Shown: in pieces, positions 13,850-26,372 of the stretch
Layout of the letters: the number at the start of each line of letters is the position of its first letter
Position numbering within the stretch: the first letter of the stretch is position 1
DNA from: Phoronis australis
Taxonomy: Eukaryota > Animalia > Phoronida
Direction of reading: 5' to 3'
Length of the DNA stretch: 64,000 bases
NCBI GenBank assembly: GCA_002633005.1
Contig: NMRA01000513.1
Location: forward strand, 200,315-264,314
The notes under the pieces: model-generated
The model's database searches: none
The model's input: only the letters and a program-made list of their open reading frames with translations
What the model was told of the DNA's origin: nothing
Program-made: the position numbers and the translations under genes

Positions 13850-16800
13850 CTGAAAGAAAAAAACAAATGGTTTACTCACATTGTATCAACAACAACAATA
13901 TCATACAGTGAAAGTATATTAAAGGTTGATTATCGTCGAGAAAAGAGAACATTTTTCGAAATAAGTCTCAACAGGGAATCAAACCTGTAAACTCCGCGGT
14001 CGCAATCTAACGTTCAGCGAAATCCCTCTCTTTAGATGCAGGTCTCAGACCATTTTAAGAGTAATTAGATGATAAATGCACCGGCCTCAATTTCATAAAA
14101 CGGTGAGAATTTTCAATTTTTAATAAGAGCACATAAAACAACAGATTTTTTTTTGTTTTTCTTAAAAACTATAATCAAAGCTAACTGTTTCAAGATAGAC
14201 GTCAGTCGTACACTAATCCGAAGAAATGCGTGTTTGCCCGTTGAATCGCTCGGGTCTCATTTAGCCAAGTTGTATCATCGTTGAAACAAGATTTAAATAA
14301 TGTTTATCCTTGGAATCACGCAGGCACTAGTGGACATCGTATACATTAACACAAGCAACTGCCCAACAAGCAACTCGTAACAACGAGAAAACACGAGATC
14401 ATCCAATAATACGCTAAACCAGGCCAATGAAGTTAAAGCGTCTTGGGAGTAATTTCGAGATCATGGTTCCGAATCTAGCAAAATATCCGCTCCTGAATTG
14501 AAGCAATTGATCTTCTAGGCTGAATATGGGTTAAAATTCACATAGAAGATTGTTGGCTCCCAATGCCTTGAGGATGTGTTCCGGAAAGAACCTCAGATAT
14601 TGCTGCACTGACCAACGTATATATATAACCGTATTAGGAGCACATGTAATCTCTTGTCGGTGTCGACTGTCGCACAACACCCCTTAACTCTAACACACGA
14701 GCGTTTGCTTTTATACAGTTGGTATACTTACGATGAATATTTATTGAACATCTTCGTGAACTCTTCTTTATCAACCACACCATCCCCGTTAGCGTCCCCG
14801 CTCTTGATCATATCTTTGCCGTCATTGTCAATACCAAAACCACCGAGGAGTTTATGGATTTCGTCGTCGGTGATCTTTCCATCATCGTTAGTGTCGTAAG
14901 CCGCAAAGGCATCGTCCGCCTTGAACGAGTTATTTTGCATCGAGCTGAAAATTAGGCCACGTGAATCATTTCTAATAGACAAAGCCTTTACGTTTAAAAC
15001 TGATTACCAAATTCTGAATGCAAATTGTGCAAAACATTGATAGAACGATTTTGATAAGGGCTGAGTAGGTTGTTCGCCTGTTAGTCGCTTATGACCTTCT
15101 TGTTATGGGATAAAGTATGTAGATGAGATAAATTACGCCCTGATGACGTCGTAGCCAAGGGCACCATAATCTTATGTTTGTAATTGACCTATCGCAAGCT
15201 CTGCCCCCTTGCAAAATGTCGACAAACAAACAATAAGTTTTACCTGGTAACGTGCTGTTTGTCGGGTAAAATGGAGGCTTGGAAACGAAGGTGTGTCAAG
15301 AATGCTGCGTCCTAATTGGTCGGTCAAGCCGTCACTCAAAATCCTGGCGATAGGTCAGTTACGTTTACAGGAAAAGCCCGATTGAAAATGCATGCTTAGC
15401 TTAATTTTATTGTAACTTTTTCTTCCAAACTGCAATGCTCGAAGACCATAAGAAACCGTTAAATATTTTCAAAATCAACAGCGCCTATTACGTGCGACTT
15501 AGCCACTCACGAAATAATTTTGGATTGTCCGGCTTCAAACTCGGCGCTGTCGACGCTGCCATCTTTGTTGGTGTCGAACTTCTTCGTAAATTGTTCGGCA
15601 TTGTTCTTTGCATCGTCGTCACCTAGTCCTTCAGATTTGTAGCCTTTGATAACTTCATCGCTTGAGATTTTTCCATCGTGATTGTCATCAAGGACATCGA
15701 ACGTTTGCTTTGCTGTAACATGAAGTTGTTCTTTGCTGTCACCGCTACAAAAGAGATGATTATGTAAATCTTGAACCAACGTAAAAATTTATATCATAAA
15801 CATTTTAAGCCAGGTATACACGCCATGCTTGTGACCTCCGTGATAAAATGTACATTATCGTAAGTTTCCATATTGAGGAAACAAAGACTACTGAAAATTT
15901 GAATCTGTGTCCAAAAAGTCTAAAAAAGGTCTCTTTCGGAGGATATTAGTGGAGATTTTTCGTTATTGCCGACTACGATGCCCTCATTTACCAGTGGGCT
16001 TTAAAAGTGCCGAATCAATTACCTGCACATAAGATTAAAAAATCAAGTGACAGAAACTGGCACGTAGGGATGACATGCATTCATAGGTTCTCATCAAGAC
16101 TTTCAATTCGAGTTACAATTTAAGTTAGCAATTGGAGTTTGTTCTCATTTTAAGCGTGGATTATAGTTGACACAGTAGATGTTTTAACCTGTGATTGACA
16201 GTCAGACATCACATAACAGTTGCCTAGACTGGTCATCGGTAAACTTGAGTTTTGAAAGAGCAATGCCACATTTTCCTTAACTTTGCCTCTTGTCTGAAAT
16301 GCAACACGTTCCCGAAAGAGCCCACATCCCAATGGGAGCTTTTTGCCCTTGTTCTCAAAAGAGTCCCATTGTTTCACGTTGGTGAGACTCTCAGAAACTC
16401 CCGCTATAGGGAAACCACGCATTGTCGGCAGGTGAAACTTTTCCATCAACACATATATCCAAGCAATTTTCTGAGATTAAAAGAGTCGTGAGTGTCATTT
16501 GTTGGTCATGGTGCCGTGGCCCGTCAAATGAAAGCAAGAGACCTGGCCTACAGTTGTCTGTCCTGTATACTGGGTAACTGAATTGCTAAAGTCAGCTGAA
16601 ACTACTCCAACCCGGTGAATTATTGGATATCAATTGGGTTATCCCTTAGTCATCTCATGAAAAGGCGTAGTGATGTATCAGGGAATGCTTTATATAGTGT
16701 CAAAGGTTGATTCTTTTAATGATCCATGTTATTCAAATACAGAAAAGTTTAAAATTTGTATATTTTGAGTCTGTGAATAACAAAAAATCTGTTTTTGCTA

Positions 16801-18427
16801 TGTTAAGATGGGTTCGGATGTTTTTAGAGTGAGTCTGGTATGCGCGGCCTTAGATATAAAATTTCATAAAGGTATGAAATAATAGAGACTGACGCCATCG
16901 ATTTAGTGAGGAGCTGTAAAAAATCTTTGCAAGCCAGTAACGCACTATACAACTGCTACCGTTTGTACAATTCATATCCATCCAATTGTTCCGTCAGAAA
17001 GTATTGTATATTCTGCTTACTTGGCCAGTTTAGACTGTTCGTCTTGAAATTCCTGCTTGGTGACACTGCCGTCTCCATCACCGTCGAAGGTAACCAAGAA
17101 CTGCCTGGCTTGCTGATTGGCGACATCGCTGTCAGCACCTTGAGATTTCAGATAGGTTGTCAACTCTTCCTGCGTGGCTAGTCCGTCGCTATCTTTATCA
17201 ATGGCCCCGAAGGTTTTATCTGAGTTCTTCGTCACTGCCTTGTTTGTCTTCTTGGTCAACTTTTCTTTTGGGTCAGCTTCCGAGGTATCTTCAGCACGTT
17301 TTCTTGAACTTCCCCTAGAAAACGAAAAGAAATGGAATTGAAAATAAACACTTTTGCCAGACATTATTAGTAGCTATGGAATAATTAGCATAAAACCTCC
17401 AAAACGAGGCTTACTCCGGAACCATTCGGCCACAAGCCTGTTGTTCACATTCGCATCAATACACATATAATACCCACAGGGTCCTCGAACACTAAAACGC
17501 GTGTCTAACCAATGTTTATAGATTCTCATCATTCGTTCCATCTGTCATAAAACTCTGTCCAAGGTTTTGAAAAAAGAATAGTTATGAAGAAAATGATATT
17601 TTCAAACGTAGTTCGCAATACAAATCTATGTTCCCATTTTACTCCATGTTCACGCCATTTTTCAATGCTTAAATTATGACCTTAAATCCTGAGTTTTGCC
17701 GGAGCAATTCAGCACTTTCTAGTTTAAAATTTCAATACTTGGCCAGTTTAAACTGCATGTCTTCAAATTCCTGCTTGCCGACTTTGCCGTCTCCATCACT
17801 GTCGTAGGTGGCCAAGAACTGCTTGACTTGCTGCTTGGCGACATTGTTGTCAGCACCTTGAGATGTCACATAGTCCATCATCTCTTCCTGCGTGGCTATT
17901 CCGTCGCTATCTTTATCAATGGCGCCGAAGATTTTATCTGAGTTCGTCTTCACTGCCTTGTTTGCCTCTTTCGTCAACTTTTCTTTTGGGTCATCTTCGG
18001 AGGTATCTTCAGCACGTTTTCTTGAAAACGAAAAGAAATGGAATTGGAGATACACTTTCGCTAGACACTACTAGTTGCTATGGAATAATTAGCATAATAC
18101 CTCCAAAACGAGGCTTACTCCGGAATCATTCGGCCACAAGCCTGTTGATCACATTCGCATCAATACGCATCTAATACCCACAGGGTTCTCGAACACTAAA
18201 ACGCGTGTTTAACCAATGTTTATAGATTCTTATCATTCGTCCCATCTGTCATAAAACTCTGTTGAAGGTTTTCTTAAAAAGAATGGTTATGAAGAAAATG
18301 ATATTTTCAAACGTTTTTCGTGATTTAGATCAGTTTGTTCCCTTTGTTTCCCATGTTCACGTCCTTTTTCAATGCTTAAGTTATGCCGGAGCAATTCTGC
18401 AATTTCTAATTTACAAATTCAATAGTG

Positions 18428-18472
<45 letters not shown>

Positions 18473-21400
18473 NATCTCTTCCTGCGTGGCTATTCCGTCG
18501 CTATCTTTATCAATGGCGCCGAAGATTTTATCTGAGTTCGTCTTCACTGCCTTGTTTGCCTCTTTCGTCAACTTTTCTTTTGGGTCATCTTCCGAGGTAT
18601 CTTCAGCACGTTTTCTTGAAAACGAAAAGAAATGGAATTGGAGATAGACACTTTCGATAGACACTACTAGTTGCTATGGGATAATTAGCATAATACCTCC
18701 AAAACGAGGCTTACTCCGGAATCATTCGGCTACAAGCCTGTTGATCACATTCGAACAATACGCATCTAATACCCACAGGGTTTTCGAACACTAAAACGCG
18801 TGTTTAACCAATGTTTGTAGATTCTCATCATTCGTCCCATCTGTCATAAAACTCTGTTTAAGGTTTTCTTAAAAAAATGGTTATGAAGAAAATGATATTT
18901 TCAAACCTATTTCGCAATTTAGATCAGTTTGTTCCCTTTGTTTCCCATGTTCACGTCCTTTTTCAATGCTTAAATTATGCCGGAGCAATTCTGCAATTTC
19001 TAATTTACAAATTCAATAGTAAGGTATATATAACTTTAAATGAGCAAAAATTCCACATCAGAAATTATGTTACATGTTTCCAGAACGTTTTCGTGCATCG
19101 TTATCACATTCCCAAGGAACCTTTACCCTGTGAGCTGGACAGAGATATCTGCGACACTTTGGTCATGAAACCCAGCATCATTATTCCTAGAAAGTTTTTA
19201 TTGTTAATTAGAGTACTTTTACCAATTCTTGATTTGTAATTTGTTGAAAAGATTTAAACCCAGCAAATGCTGTTTACATAACCCCTTCTAAGCGCAACAG
19301 CATAAAATTTGTCAACAAGTTTTCTTTTAAAATCTTGAGTGACATTATTAGCAAGTCTGCTCATCTATAAAGGTAACCGCAACATTTACATGTACATGTA
19401 GACTTTAACCAAGAAAAATTACAAGTTTATATAAGATCTTATCTACAAGACTGTGCGTTCTGCCTAATATCTACAAAACTTAAAATTTAATTTGGTAGAG
19501 CTGTATATTTTCTGAAAGTGCACGTAAAAAGCCTGTGGAATCTGACTTTTTACTTTGTATCAAGTTTTTATTGATTGGGTTACGATCCCGCCTTTTAGTA
19601 AAATTTAGCAAAAAAAAGAAATTTATATCAGCGGAACAGCAATGGATACAACAAAATAACGAAATTTTGTTTGATTTTTGTTGGAGATGAATGTTTAAAA
19701 GCGTAAAAAGTGATTCTTTCACATAATTCGATGCTTATTTTAACACTTCTATTAGCATAAATTTAAGCAAATAATTAGAACCAATAATCTTGAGTTTCTT
19801 GAGCCTATTGCATCGGTCATCATATGAGGCCTAGTGAGAGACTGTATCTGTGTGATGTGGTAGATTTTGAATGAATATTCAGGAGAACGCGTCAACAAAT
19901 CAAGTGAAAGCTTACGAGATGGTCTTGGAATTGGCCTCCTGGAGCTCTGCCTGGTCGATATTTCCGTCTTTGCTGGTGTCAAGTTTTGTCATAATTTCTT
20001 TAACTACCTTCGCGTTGCTTTCATCATCGACACCATTCTTTTTCAAGAGAGCAGTAACCTCAGCCGACGTAATTTTCCCATCCTTGTCAGTGTCGAGGGA
20101 TTTGAAAAAGCTCTTTTGTGCTAGAGCAACGGTTGCGTTCCTGTCTCCCCTGTGGAAGTTTTGGAACATTAAGATTTTGTTTAAAACAACTCAGAAATTA
20201 AGCTAAATTCGAAGTACATGTTTCCCATAGAGCAGTTTCTTTCTCTGTGTCCCCTACGGAATACTTTGTTATATAGATATTCTCAAATTGTTTGACATCA
20301 ATACACATGTAGTGACATAAATATTGTTTGGTATCAATATTGGGTGATCTAAATAGGTTGTAGTAATGTTTTCAATTTATCCGTGGATGCAAAGCATGAA
20401 AAGTATTGACTACTATTATGTAATATCAATACAGTGTGATGCCAAAAGTTGTCGTCTTACAAGTTCCCTACATAGACGATCCCATGTAAATAGTTCATTT
20501 CAGAAATACATTGAAAGTGGTATTTTTAGTTTTTAGGCATATAAGTTTTATTTAGCGGTTACAACACTGAATAGGTAAACAAATAAACGTCTATAAAAAT
20601 CTCCCTGACATCCACGTTTTAACAATAAAGACGGAATAGGTAGGCGAGTAGGACAGACGAACGCTACCAACAAAACCCGTCAGCACGCCGATTGAGAGCT
20701 CACGCAGACATTTCCTCCTACGTCGTGCTTAGTCGTGCGTTTAGCTTAGTAGATCGACGAAGTTAGTCTACCTTTTCATGTCATCACTGCGCATGAGCGA
20801 CATTAATACTCACTTGGCTAATATGGTTGTAACTTCCGTATACTCCTCCTTGTCGACGCTTCCATCTTCGTTGGTGTCGTAGGCATCAATAAACTGTTGA
20901 GCCTGTTCTTCGGCGTCCTTCGACGATGATGTCGTGAAATCGTCAGTGGTGATTTTGCCGTCACCGTTTGTATCTAGAGCTTCAAACCCTTTGTCTGCGG
21001 CCTTGCCAATCGCTTCATCACCCTTCTTCTTTATTTGCTCTATGCTAACCACATCTGATCGCTTGCTCTTAGCAACACTGAAAGAGAAGGTGGGTGACTA
21101 TGTGAGCCTTGGACAAACGCTTCGGCTTCGTAGTAGTGAAACAAGTGTCGTGGGGCGATTCCCGAAGAATCGTGTTTCCTTTGGTTTATAATTATTTCAT
21201 ACCATACATCTCCTTCCTACTTTAATCGATCAAATGATTTGGTTTTGGATATTTTTGCAAACATTCCACAATACTGACTTCATGCCAAAATCAATTATTT
21301 GACGTAACCGTCCGACCTCCAATCGTTTTCTTGTTCCACCTCACACCAATATTAGCGCCTAACAAGGTAACTGCTTTTACTGCCACTACATTAAAAATGT

Positions 21401-23912
21401 GCGTTTTGGTGGCTATCATCGATGAAAGCCCCTTTTTTGCAACTTCCATGTGTTTCTTTTCAATTAAATAGAGCTATTAACAAGGGCCCGGGGGTTTAAT
21501 CTACTAGTACTCGAAATCGAAATCGAAATAATTTTAGCATTTTCCATTCTAATTAAATACATATTCAACGTAAATACGTGTTATCCGTAGCATCATGGTT
21601 TACGTGGATCACTGGGTAATCATGATTGCATTGGATGACTTCAGCATTAACACTATGAATTCGAGTGTGAGATTGAAATCTGAAGTTTTTATAAGAAATT
21701 TCGAGTTTTCACTCGAGTTTGTTTGCATCTTGAATATAGGGCTCGCCATTAACGAAGTTTGACTTTACGCCTAATTTGCGTATTCCATCCTACTCCGGAG
21801 CTCTAAATTATAGATCATTGGCTTCAGTTCGTATTACAGAAGAACGGAAAATGGCATAAATATTTTCTAGTTCGATTAAAACCATTAAACCCCTGACCTA
21901 GGTGTGGCAACAATATTATCGCTTTGCATGTTCACGTGCGTATGTTGGTGACGTCATTGTCATGAGGACGTCTTCATTAGCTTTCCCGGATGATCAACTT
22001 ACTTTGCGTGAATGTTGGCATCGTGTAGGTGGTGGTTAACAGACTCACTACTTCGTAGAACCCCGGCACTGAAAACAAACGCGAAGATCGTCAACACTCG
22101 ATACCGTTTCAGCAGATGAATACACCTACTGACACCCCGTGTGCACAAAATGCGTGTATTCCAAATATTCACTACAGAAATTCTTCAAACAGCACCCCAT
22201 ACTCCTCCCCAAGTTTGGAACGAACTTATCGCTGCCTCTAACACTCAACATAGAACACAAGTACAATGCATGTTGAATTCAGATTAGGTGTTTTGGTACT
22301 TGAATGCAAGTACAGAATCGAAAACAAAAAAATCGAGTCGTGAGCAAATCCATGACAAACAAACTAATTTTTGTATTGCACTCAGTGAAGACTCGATGGC
22401 AAAATACAAATTGCTATTAAGATAAAGGTTTAGTGGTGAATATGCCACTTGGTCATTAGCCTGACTGAGTTCTATACTGCACGTTTGTTTTGATATCAAT
22501 GGAACTAGTGACCAGCTTTGACTTGACCTGAAAAGTCATTTCTAATAATACGGCAATACATCACCAATTTCGAACAAAAAATAACAGGAAATTTTTTCGT
22601 TTTCAAGCGCTTTTAGTATTGTTGTGAATGGTCACATGGTAAATATGGTGCAGAACTTTAACACATATAAAATAAAACAATTGCAGGCGGCCTGATACAC
22701 GTTGTACCAGATGTGCGCAGGCCTCGCATGTGGGCCCATTGCACTGATCACCTGGAAATATTTTTAACTTTAACACAGGGTGACATAGATTTCATGGAAA
22801 AATGATAAAATAAAATTCCTCTTTTCGGCCATGTTGTGGTTTAAACTGAGGAGATTAAACCGTACACAGTCCACGTTTTACAACCAGTCATCAGGGCATA
22901 GGGTCTAAATGTTTTATTCGAAATCGAACTCGAATTTTTTTGTAACATTTCCCATTCTACTTTAGTACGAGCTCAAAACTGATGCATATTATTCTGTATT
23001 CGAGTGAAATATGGTTTGCCTGGTCCTGGATGACAGCGTAATTCTATATGGAACTTGATAGCACCAGCATATAATCTATCAATTTATGTCTGAACTTTAA
23101 ATGGCGAGTTTTTACTTGAAATAGTGAGTTTTCACTAGAGTTTGTAGTCAATTCCAGGAGTCATCAAGTGCAAATTTAGACCATGACACTTGTTTGTGTA
23201 AGCCGCAATGAAATTAAGCACAGAATGATAAAAAATTGTCTTGATGTCATATTTATTAAAAGAAAAATAGAAACAGTAAAAATATTTTCCCCGAGTTCGA
23301 CTTCCAGTAAAAAGATTAGACCCCGGGCATAGGTCATGCACTTGTTTTAGAGGTCCTTTTTGAATATTTGTATAGTGTTAGGGATATATTTAGTGGGCAA
23401 AAACCCATCACCATGTGTTTGTGCTGCATTTTGAATTCATGGCTCCGTTTCCTGTTTCCAAATCTCCAAACAAATGCCCTGGGGCTTAATATCAGAAAAT
23501 CTATAGCGAAAGGCGCATTTTACAGAAAAAAAGAACTGCACTTGTGAATTTGACGTGCCAAGTATCGCCAACGGTGAATACAAAACCACTACATATATTT
23601 CGATTTGCTAACCATTCGGCTGGTTAGATTGTTTTGCCAAAGTGCAACGAAAAATTGCTTGTACGTAACAAATATAACGATAACCTAAAAATAATGAAGG
23701 TCAAAAATCGGCAAAAGAGCCATCGGGGAACGTGAACAGGTGTCGAGCAGGTTATGTGATTCATACTCACATACTGCCAAGTGAATGTGTTCATTTACCC
23801 CCAATCATATTCCTTAAACAAAACCGTTTGAATACTTTTCAGTCGAGTGCTTTACTCACCGAACGCTGCTGCAGACGATCAGCAAAAGGCAAGCAACAGG
23901 CAAGCAGTTCAT
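13846..23912 (-). CDS. Gene A: secreted multi-EF-hand Ca2+-binding (poly)protein, 547 aa, 6 EF-hand pairs
   Basis: Exons (minus): 23912-23860, 22068-22003, 21077-20814, 20149-19916, 18020-17739, 17314-17021, 15744-15511, 14944-14732, 13849-13846. All GT-AG and all phase 2; they sum to 1644 nt in one open frame. Signal peptide MNCLPVACLLLIVCSSVR and 12 DxxxDG-type loops. Confidence 0.85.
13965..14020 (-). repeat. Decayed tRNA-like (SINE head) fragment
   Basis: Minus strand ...cgttagattgcgaccgcggagtttacaGGTTTGATTCCctg contains a B-box-like motif; no intact cloverleaf. Confidence 0.35.
14732..14944 (-). CDS. Gene A EF-hand-pair exon (DTNDDGKITDDE / DANGDGVVDKEE)
   Basis: ttttcag| acceptor, |gtaagt donor, 213 nt, phase 2-2. 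Confidence 0.9.
15511..15744 (-). CDS. Gene A EF-hand-pair exon, GD type (DDNHDGKISSDE / DTNKDGSVDSAE)
   Basis: cttttgtag| acceptor, |gtgagt donor, 234 nt, phase 2-2. Confidence 0.9.
17021..17314 (-). CDS. Gene A EF-hand-pair exon with RKR site (DKDSDGLATQEE / DGDGDGSVTKQE)
   Basis: ttttctag| acceptor, |gtaagc donor, 294 nt, phase 2-2; begins GSSRKRAEDTS. Confidence 0.9.
17739..18020 (-). CDS. Gene A EF-hand-pair exon, tandem duplicate of 17021-17314 (DKDSDGIATQEE / DSDGDGKVGKQE)
   Basis: ttttcaag| acceptor, weaker |gtattg donor, 282 nt, phase 2-2; the flanking intron is also duplicated (~718-bp unit). Confidence 0.75.
18431..18472. repeat. (TA)n microsatellite ending at an N join
   Basis: Perfect TA run 18431-18472, N at 18473. 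Confidence 0.95.
18474..18614 (-). other. Partial third copy of the KR exon cut by the N join (probable uncollapsed haplotype, or an extra exon)
   Basis: 18474-19030 is near-identical to 17880-18440 and starts immediately at the N. Confidence 0.5.
19916..20149 (-). CDS. Gene A EF-hand-pair exon, GD type (DTDKDGKITSAE / DTSKDGNIDQAE)
   Basis: ttccacag| acceptor, |gtaagc donor, 234 nt, phase 2-2; N-A-T sequon. Confidence 0.9.
20814..21077 (-). CDS. Gene A first EF-hand-pair exon with SKR site (DTNGDGKITTDD / DTNEDGSVDKEE)
   Basis: ctctttcag| acceptor, |gtgagt donor, 264 nt, phase 2-2; begins VAKSKRSDVV. Confidence 0.9.
21484..21899. mobile_element. Decayed ~410-bp MITE, same family as 30001-30390
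   Basis: gggcccgggg...taatct...tactcgaaa left end and ttcga...attaaacccctgacc right end resemble the TIRs at 30001/30390. Confidence 0.5.
22003..22068 (-). CDS. Gene A pro-peptide exon (AGVLRSSESVNHHLHDANIHA)
   Basis: gtttgttttcag| acceptor, |gtaagt donor, 66 nt, phase 2-2; the AGVLR start is shared with gene B exon 47630. Confidence 0.8.
22893..23329. mobile_element. Decayed ~435-bp MITE, same family as 30001-30390
   Basis: gggcatagggtctaaatgttttattcgaaa ... agtaaaaagattagaccccgggc terminal similarity. Confidence 0.55.
23860..23912 (-). CDS. Gene A signal-peptide exon (MNCLPVACLLLIVCSSV-R)
   Basis: ttttgttccag|ATG ... CG|gtgagt; hydrophobic core; homologous to gene B MKYLIAACLLVALCS. Confidence 0.85.
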
Positions 23913-25844
23913 CTGGAACAAAACGTTTTCAATCTTGTTAAAAATTTCCTTTTAATACACCATAGTGCCTAGGAACCTGTGAGATATTGTCACATTTCAA
24001 TGAAATGTTGTATCTCACTGAGAAAAGACAAACCATTGACAAGATTATGCAAAGGGTATATGAGGGGTTATTTCGACTCGTCTTGTGTGCTCAAATACGG
24101 GAAAAGAGGGAGGCGAGAAGGCAGGTGCATTCAAGTGCTCATGGGAGTTAATTGTCATCTAATTGTCCCGTATCGTTTGCCAGCTGCTCGTCTTGAAATT
24201 ACCGTCTATTGTCGATGGTAACCATGCAATCTGAACACTTTTGCACACCTACTGATGATATCGTTCCTCTGATAGCGTAGAACATGCATAATCGTGCGCT
24301 TTTAACACAATTTCGGATAGGGGTTACAGCATTTGATTTTTTTTCTACCTCTCAGGGTCGAAGAGACGCATATATCAAACACAGGTGCATGAGCTTCTAA
24401 AAAGACGAGAAAAGTAGTGTTTAAGCCTCGTTTTGACATTGGAATGCTACTCACGCATGTGCCAAACTGATAACAATTCAAAGAATTTTTGGTGGGTTCC
24501 TATATCTATGATCCCATAAGAAAGTATCAGATTGTGAAGAATGCAATCAATGCTTGCCTGTAATCAGTTATTGAAATACGGGGACAAGTGTGCAAGACCG
24601 GTCACGAGATCGCTGAATTGCCGCGGCGTGTTGAATGGCCGGGAACTGTTACTTGGCTTTAGATTGACGCTGGCAACCAATAAATAATTAGTAATGAGTA
24701 TCCCATCTAAATATCGTCACTGGTGTGAAACAATTTCTCTGCTTAAGTCATTGGGCTGCTTAATCTGTGTCAGTTTTGAGCCGGCAGACTTCAATTTCAA
24801 AGTCCTCCCTTCACAACTGAGGTTACACACCACACTATCAAGCACGGTTTTACTTCTACGTAATTTTAAGCTACAATTTTCTGGATTTTTTAATCTGTTC
24901 TCTGTGAAACACTGAACATTGTCAGCTGTTGACCATTTGACACAGTTTTTTGCTCAGCCGCCGCGTTTCTTAAACCTTTAGTGCTTGAAAACGGGAAGTT
25001 GAAATTTAGCAAGAAATCCAGGTACCAATCAGGCTCTTTGGATTTGTGAAAATTCTAGCCGGCTAACACAAAAATTTCACCTAATTTCTGGAATCTGGAG
25101 AGTTTTGGCAGTGTGAATGCACTGTCTCTCAGTTCTTAGTAATCGCATGCAAATGGTGGCTTTGGGGGTGAAAACTGCTGACTTGTCGTGTTTTGGATCA
25201 TTTCTTTTTTCAAGCAGCCGGCTGCACTTCCGGTGGTCGTAAAAGGTAAAAAATTAACTTTGGAATCAATTTCAATACACTTTTTGCAATGTTTTGAAGT
25301 CATTGGCCATATATACACTCTTCAAATTTTCAGGTTTTTTTACATCCTGTGGAACAGACTCGACCTAGATTTTTAAGCCCCAAATCATCAAAAAAAATCT
25401 TGAGCGACACCTTAAACAGCGGTTTCGAGTTTACAGGTCCCGGATGCAACTAAAAAGCTGCTTACACCCAATAGATTTATTATCCTACAACGAAAACGAG
25501 AAATCAGGAAGCGAGAAAAATCAAGGTCATGGTAACGAGGCTACAGGTTCGTTTATCGTCGAACACTTTTAACGTTGAACTTTTTATATTAACACTCTTC
25601 CTCCGTTCACTGTTAGAACACATCTTATCATTCTTAATAGAAAAATCGGCAAAAGCACGGTCATAGAATATATCTTAACTATATAATTATACAATTATGC
25701 GCTAAAAAACTGTTTTCGACCCAGGTCATTTGAGGCATGGGCTCGTTTAAGCCCGTGTTAACTGATGTAAGCAATCCCACGTGATTTTCAAACGTCGTTT
25801 CTAGGGGAAATTAATATTCACGCATTTTATATTTTAAAAGATCA

Positions 25845-25896
25845 GCTTGTCGAACCCACTATACCAAGATGACCAGTCGAACGCTCTGCCGTTGAA
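25845..25896 (-). repeat. Decayed tRNA-like (SINE head) fragment
   Basis: Minus strand tcaacggcagagcgttcgactggtcatc...gtGGGTTCGA resembles tRNA D-arm, anticodon arm and T-loop remnants. Confidence 0.4.
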
Positions 25897-26217
25897 ATAA
25901 ATCACAAGAGATAAACAGTAGAATATTTTAAGGGTATTTTAAGAGTGAAGACATCGATCTTGACTTCAGGAAATGTCTTGTCAGACAACGGCGAGAATTG
26001 GATCAAGGATTTTGTTTTGTACTTCTGATCAAGTCTAATATGTTTAAGAAATTCATACCATCCGACAATAATCCCACGATGCGTTTTTGATCGTGAAACC
26101 GATACAGTCCCTTCAACACGTCACTGATAACGTCACCGATGACACATCTGAGTCCCACCTCGGATGGAATACACAAGTGGAAAACTGAAAGTCTCACAAC
26201 TTCTAAAGGCTATACAA

Positions 26218-26372
26218 TGGCGGATTTAAGGGAGGGGGGACAAGGGAGGCATGGTGCCTCACTAGATGTCTTGCAGATTCTATTTGAAAGTTTGGGGGTG
26301 CGAATATCTGGCGGGCAAAATCCTAATACTCGTCCCTGCCCCCCCGACTCAAAATCCTGGATCTGTCCCTGA
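26218..26372. repeat. Interspersed GGCGGATTTA/AAATCCTGGATC family repeat (related copies near 4597, 5880, 38450-38598, 51135, 54200)
   Basis: Shared tggcggatttaagg...gggcaaa...aaaatcctggatc(t/c)(g/t)cccctg motifs at several loci; MITE-like. Confidence 0.55.

Noticed and set aside
17880-19030. Third tandem copy of the KR EF exon as a real extra module
   Set aside because: It starts exactly at the N join next to a (TA)n run and is near-identical to 17880-18440; most likely overlapping haplotype contigs. Excluded from the gene A model.
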